Origin: a phage
Sequence record: PV805632.1
Length of the DNA stretch: 64,000 nucleotides
Strand: one strand, 5' to 3'
The notes beneath the pieces were generated by a model. It had not been told where the DNA came from. It did not search any database and saw only the letters and a program-made list of their open reading frames with translations. The translations under genes were made by a program, and so were the position numbers. Shown piece by piece: positions 59,595-64,000 of this stretch (the first letter of the stretch is position 1; the number at the start of each line of letters is the position of its first letter).

Positions 59595-62150
59595 TTAGCC
59601 CACATTACCAATAGTCATGCTGTACTCAAGAGTAAATAACTGACTAGAAGCAGACGTGTTATATAATCCTACATAACCAGATGTAGCTACAGTAGTAGAG
59701 AATGCAGACGTAGTTGCCGTGCCATCATCTGACTCTACGGTAAAGGTATGAGCACCAGTAGAGGCGGAAGTATATTCCCATACTTTAAAGCCTTTATCTT
59801 CACGAGTAGTATCACCAAATACTACCCAGTCAGTTGGGTTAGTATTGTTGAACGTACCGATGCACATATTACCTGCAGCATTCACACCGACTAACACACC
59901 AACATTAGTAAGTGGGTTATAGTTAAGTGCAATATAGGTGTTTTTCTTAAGACCTTTCGGTACAGCCAGATAACCTACAGATGCAGCATTATAAAGGTGA
60001 GAGTCTGCGGTTTTACTGAACTGAGTACCAGACAAAACTTCACCAAATACACCATAGTCATTGGCGTTAGACTGCTTCATTACTGGAGCAGGGCGGGTCA
60101 TGTTAGGTTCTTTGCTAAGACGAACCATCGGCAGCTTAACCCCATCCGTTTTGTAAGAACCAAACTTCAGCATAGGGAAGTAAGCATCAGTAGGACTACC
60201 ATCAATGATATAACGGATAAAGTTCAAACCTTTACGTAATCGCCCCATATAGGTAGTAAGGGTTTTGCCACCCCCAAAGTAACTCATGGCAGTCTTGCCA
60301 TTAAGCACGGTACGGTAGGCATTAATTTGAGTATTACGCTCTTGGTATTCACCGGACTCAATCAATGCTTTGCCCGCAGGAGACTCAACACGGATGTTGT
60401 GCTGTTGCCCAACAACGGCAGCATTAGTCCATGGTTCTAGAAGGGATACAGTCATACCTTCTTCTTCACACCATACCATTGTGGTCATGGTTACATTTTC
60501 ATTAGTTACACACTTAGACAGAAAACGGAATACGTTCAGAGCAGGAGCACCAGATACAGGTACATACTGTGGTGCATAGTGAGTACCGGAAGGATACCCT
60601 ACACAATCCCAATAGTTTTCTACAGCAGCCTGAGTGATCATATCCCCCGGTCTAACACGACGACAGTACTTATTACCAAGGGTCTGCATATACATCGCAT
60701 TACCCATAGCCATTTGTCCAAGTTCTTGTGGGTGAGTAGTATCCCAGGTTCCATCCTTCTTAACATAGTAGTAGTACCCAGTTTGCTCATTGCGGCTACT
60801 TGCACTAGTCAGATTTGGTCCCAAGTTAAAATACTCAACACCTAGTTTATCTGCCATGTACTTCTTAGTACTAAGCTCAAATGCCATACGTACTGAGTCA
60901 TTATCGTTGACTGTTACAATACCAACAGCACAACCGTAGCCCCATGCTTTACGAACAAACTTGTCAATCTGGTCACGGTAGGTAGCGATACTAGCACTAC
61001 TGTCATTCCAACCCATTGCAAGGATACATACACGAGGAGCTTCTGCACCATAGCGTGTGTTACCGAAGAACCCACGGTCGAAGTTACGATAGCCCCAACC
61101 GTCGGATAACTTCTTACCAGATACGGAACAGTTAGCTGATTGGTAAATAGTTTCACCACTACGACGAGACTGTGTGAGCAACAAGCCATTCATCCAGTGT
61201 TCAGTCCATGAGTGGGAACCTCCAGATAAAGAATGATTGTATGTACTTGGGGCATCTAAGTCACCATCTGAGTTAGTTGGCGGAGAACTCCAGTCCTGTT
61301 TACCCCATGCACCATCAGTAATGGAATCGCCAATGATACCGATACGACAAAATGTCTGGTCACGGAATGCACAGTATATTTCGTCATTAACGGTTTTATT
61401 GTTACCATTCATTGAAGCAGCAATGTCAAACGTATGGTCCTTTGCATACCACTGGTTTTTAACAATAAGTTTGCCTTCCCCAACAAACTTACGGACATCA
61501 TCATCGGGGAGTAAGTTACAACGAATGGTAACACCCTTAGGGATAAAGATTTTACCGGGGAAAGCATAAGCAGCTGCACGGTTATCCGTAGTAGTATTAA
61601 CAACAATACCAGGAACATCATATACGGAAGTAGAACCAACAGGAGGAATTAGACCACTGTTTAATTCTTGTCGTATTAATTCATCATTAGCAATAACCCA
61701 TGCAGTGGGAGAAATACCACCTGCACTAAACGGAGTAGAGTTAAGTGGTACGCTCTTGGGTAACCCACCAGCCCAGCGATACTGCGTGCCATTATGAGTA
61801 AGCAACTCATTCTTGGTCTGTATAACTGAGCCAGAAGTAAACGTATCCGGTAAAGTTACATATTCTTTGCGAGTAACAGCTAATGCACCTAAGTCCACGC
61901 TACCAGCAGAGTGAACTAATACACCAGCAGGGCTAAGGCTTATAGCAGTAACACCTGAACCAATGTTAGCAGGTAAGGAATAAGCACGTTGTGTAGCTTT
62001 GTCATAGATGACTTTGTAACCAGTAAGCAGAGCACCCACTGAGAAGTAAACAACCTCAGATTGTTTAACCCCAAAGTGACGTGCTATTGCTTGTTTATTG
62101 GTTAGGATTCCTGTTGAACCCTTACCGCCTTGTGAGAACATTTCGTTCAT
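59595..62150 (-). CDS. tail spike with SGNH/GDSL esterase domain (851 aa)
   Basis: GDSL block GIIGDSITDG, GxND block AMGWNDSS, DxxH block WDTTHP; resembles the esterase tail spike of G7C-type N4-like phages (recalled). Confidence 0.6.
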   Translation of the reverse strand: MNEMFSQGGKGSTGILTNKQAIARHFGVKQSEVVYFSVGALLTGYKVIYDKATQRAYSLPANIGSGVTAISLSPAGVLVHSAGSVDLGALAVTRKEYVTLPDTFTSGSVIQTKNELLTHNGTQYRWAGGLPKSVPLNSTPFSAGGISPTAWVIANDELIRQELNSGLIPPVGSTSVYDVPGIVVNTTTDNRAAAYAFPGKIFIPKGVTIRCNLLPDDDVRKFVGEGKLIVKNQWYAKDHTFDIAASMNGNNKTVNDEIYCAFRDQTFCRIGIIGDSITDGAWGKQDWSSPPTNSDGDLDAPSTYNHSLSGGSHSWTEHWMNGLLLTQSRRSGETIYQSANCSVSGKKLSDGWGYRNFDRGFFGNTRYGAEAPRVCILAMGWNDSSASIATYRDQIDKFVRKAWGYGCAVGIVTVNDNDSVRMAFELSTKKYMADKLGVEYFNLGPNLTSASSRNEQTGYYYYVKKDGTWDTTHPQELGQMAMGNAMYMQTLGNKYCRRVRPGDMITQAAVENYWDCVGYPSGTHYAPQYVPVSGAPALNVFRFLSKCVTNENVTMTTMVWCEEEGMTVSLLEPWTNAAVVGQQHNIRVESPAGKALIESGEYQERNTQINAYRTVLNGKTAMSYFGGGKTLTTYMGRLRKGLNFIRYIIDGSPTDAYFPMLKFGSYKTDGVKLPMVRLSKEPNMTRPAPVMKQSNANDYGVFGEVLSGTQFSKTADSHLYNAASVGYLAVPKGLKKNTYIALNYNPLTNVGVLVGVNAAGNMCIGTFNNTNPTDWVVFGDTTREDKGFKVWEYTSASTGAHTFTVESDDGTATTSAFSTTVATSGYVGLYNTSASSQLFTLEYSMTIGNVG

Positions 62151-62169
62151 ATAAACCTCTTTGTTTTTC

Positions 62170-62192
62170 TAAGAAACCCCGCCGAAGCGGGG
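62170..62192 (-). terminator. terminator hairpin CCCCGC-CGAA-GCGGGG (second copy)
   Basis: identical core to 59551-59566; in the 47-bp gap between the two tail-spike genes. Confidence 0.5.
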
Positions 62193-62197
62193 GTATT

Positions 62198-64000
62198 CTA
62201 CCTGATAATGAACTTACCGAGGCTAATATCATTTATCAAAGTTGCTACTATGTTTGCCAGTTGGGTGGTTGTTAACGTGTTCACATCACCACCACGCAAC
62301 TGTCCGGCGTTGGTGAACGGGAACTGCTGAGGCTGAGCGCTATTGTAGAACTGGTTACCCTCTTCATACCGAGAAGACGGCGTAGAAGTGTAAAGGATTC
62401 CTTTAGTAGTCGCAGGAACAGAACAATTCACGATGTTTACATGACCAGCGATGCCAACGCACTCGATAGGGCGATCAACAGTACCAAACGGTTGAACACC
62501 AACCAGGCGATGCACGTTCAAGCTCTGAGCTGCCTGCGCGTACAGATAAGAACTAGGCTGCCCGTTAACACCTCTGATGTTCCAGTTATCCACTTCAATA
62601 TGACGGGCATTATGAATCTGACAGATTGCTTGACCGTCTGCATCAGGAAATGCGCCAACAATACGCACGTTCTTCATAGTGATGTCGGAAGTAGCTGTTG
62701 CGTTCAACCCGCAGTTAATCATAACAGCTTTAGACCCAGATTGTGTGCAGTGGATTGTTAACCCATCGAATTCAATATCACCTAGATTTACCGTGTGAGA
62801 GGATCCATCCTTACGCAAAAAGAATACAGCCCAATCTGTGTGACCTGTTATTAAGATATTACTAAATCGCAGGCGTGTGCAGACTACCGGATAATATCGA
62901 CAGAGGATTGGCTGTGAACAATTCTTGATTGTGATGTTGTCATACGTGACATCACTGGAACCCTCAATCGCAATACCCGCATTACATGCTTCAATGTAAG
63001 CACCGGTCACACTTCCGTTGGTGAAGTTTGCGCGGATGCCATGCGATTCACAGTTCTTAATTGTTACGTTGCTAATGTTGACGCGAGTAATTGCAGTACC
63101 ATTACCGCCGCCAACACCAGTAACCAAATCGTCAGACTGAAGACGCAAACCGTTACCGCCGGATCCATTAATACTAATATCATGAATCATCACATTAAGC
63201 GTGCGACCGGGACGTGTTGAAGTCATAAACACAGAAGATGCCCATGTGTCTCTAGTACGGATATGATGTATATGTGCTTCTGTTGCGTTCCCAACAATAA
63301 TCGCCATACCCTGACGGTTGCTGCCGTCCGGCTGTTGGATTTGTCCACGCCCACAATCGTGAGAATACAGGTTGTTTGCAAGCGTCCATCTACCATAATC
63401 CATTGTTACGTTGCTATTCCATGCCCCCTGCAATTCACACCCTGAAAGCTCAAGCGTACCAGCAGATTGCATAGCCAACCCAACGCCAGGGTCAAATGAC
63501 GCATCCTGTCGGTAGAAATCAAAAAGGAAGTTACCGACAATGCGGATGTCATAAGGGGTATAGTCATATTCATTGTTTGTATCATTCCATGTTCTCGGTG
63601 AACGCAGCCAGAACTGACGCGAATCTACCGTCACTTTCGGTAATAGCGGTTTGAGGTGAATATCCCCCTGGATGGTGAATATACCCTCAACTGTAACCGG
63701 TGAATAGCCAATGTAAATATTACCTGCCTTTGGTAGTAGGCGCGAAAGCTGCGCATCGTTCTGCGCAATCTTCCAGCCAGTGATCACTTCGTTGAAGAAC
63801 GAAGCCGGATATAGCTCGTGAGCGCCGTTAATGACGGTCTGGTCGAAACTGGTGACTGTCACAGATGACGTAAGCGCGGAACCCAACATCATCAGATTGC
63901 CACTCACCCTGACAAACAGTACTCCTGACGGAATAACATCACCGACAGACAACGAACGGTTATTTTCTGTTGGGAAGCACGAACCACCGTAAAAACCTGA
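62198..64000 (-). CDS. tail spike/fibre with right-handed beta-helix repeats; 5' end beyond the window
   Basis: repeated NVTIKNC / ITIKNCS segments; frame stays open on the - strand to position 64000, so the N-terminus is outside the window. Confidence 0.5.
   Translation of the reverse strand, partial: SGFYGGSCFPTENNRSLSVGDVIPSGVLFVRVSGNLMMLGSALTSSVTVTSFDQTVINGAHELYPASFFNEVITGWKIAQNDAQLSRLLPKAGNIYIGYSPVTVEGIFTIQGDIHLKPLLPKVTVDSRQFWLRSPRTWNDTNNEYDYTPYDIRIVGNFLFDFYRQDASFDPGVGLAMQSAGTLELSGCELQGAWNSNVTMDYGRWTLANNLYSHDCGRGQIQQPDGSNRQGMAIIVGNATEAHIHHIRTRDTWASSVFMTSTRPGRTLNVMIHDISINGSGGNGLRLQSDDLVTGVGGGNGTAITRVNISNVTIKNCESHGIRANFTNGSVTGAYIEACNAGIAIEGSSDVTYDNITIKNCSQPILCRYYPVVCTRLRFSNILITGHTDWAVFFLRKDGSSHTVNLGDIEFDGLTIHCTQSGSKAVMINCGLNATATSDITMKNVRIVGAFPDADGQAICQIHNARHIEVDNWNIRGVNGQPSSYLYAQAAQSLNVHRLVGVQPFGTVDRPIECVGIAGHVNIVNCSVPATTKGILYTSTPSSRYEEGNQFYNSAQPQQFPFTNAGQLRGGDVNTLTTTQLANIVATLINDISLGKFIIR

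Noticed and set aside
1-64000. CRISPR array, integrase/attachment site or prophage boundary
   Set aside because: No regularly spaced direct repeats and no recombinase-like ORF; gene content and strand organisation fit a strictly lytic N4-like phage.

Overview
This 64-kb window looks like most of a lytic N4-like podophage genome (Schitoviridae-type architecture), read from sequence and the ORF track only; no searches were run. Coordinates 1-33.8 kb carry early, middle and replication genes on the + strand. The early region has three hairpin promoters that match, from memory, the N4 virion-RNA-polymerase promoter consensus, a two-subunit T7-like RNAP II split by an HNH homing endonuclease gene, and many small ORFs each ended by an intrinsic terminator. 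The middle region holds a MoxR-like AAA+ ATPase/VWA pair, nucleotide-metabolism genes, rIIA/rIIB-like genes, RecD-like helicase, family-A DNA polymerase, primase-like and recombination genes. A ~1.1-kb ORF-free stretch (32.4-33.5 kb) is full of hairpins and contains two consensus tRNA T-arm motifs that I could not fold into canonical tRNAs. The late module is on the - strand (33.9-64 kb): a 3,7xx-aa virion RNA polymerase, structural genes, putative capsid and portal, a lysis cassette (SAR-type GH108 endolysin, 2-TMD holin, nested spanins), an SGNH-esterase tail spike and a 5'-truncated beta-helix tail spike. Three genes (rIIB-like, MazG-like, a large virion protein) show apparent -1 reading-frame breaks, two of them at homopolymers, which suggests either single-base assembly errors or genuine pseudogenes or frameshifting. 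I found no CRISPR array, integrase or obvious defence island; the candidates for anything novel are the tRNA-like noncoding region, the AAA+/VWA pair and the frame breaks. Most functional calls rest on remembered family motifs and N4 gene order and need homology searches to confirm.
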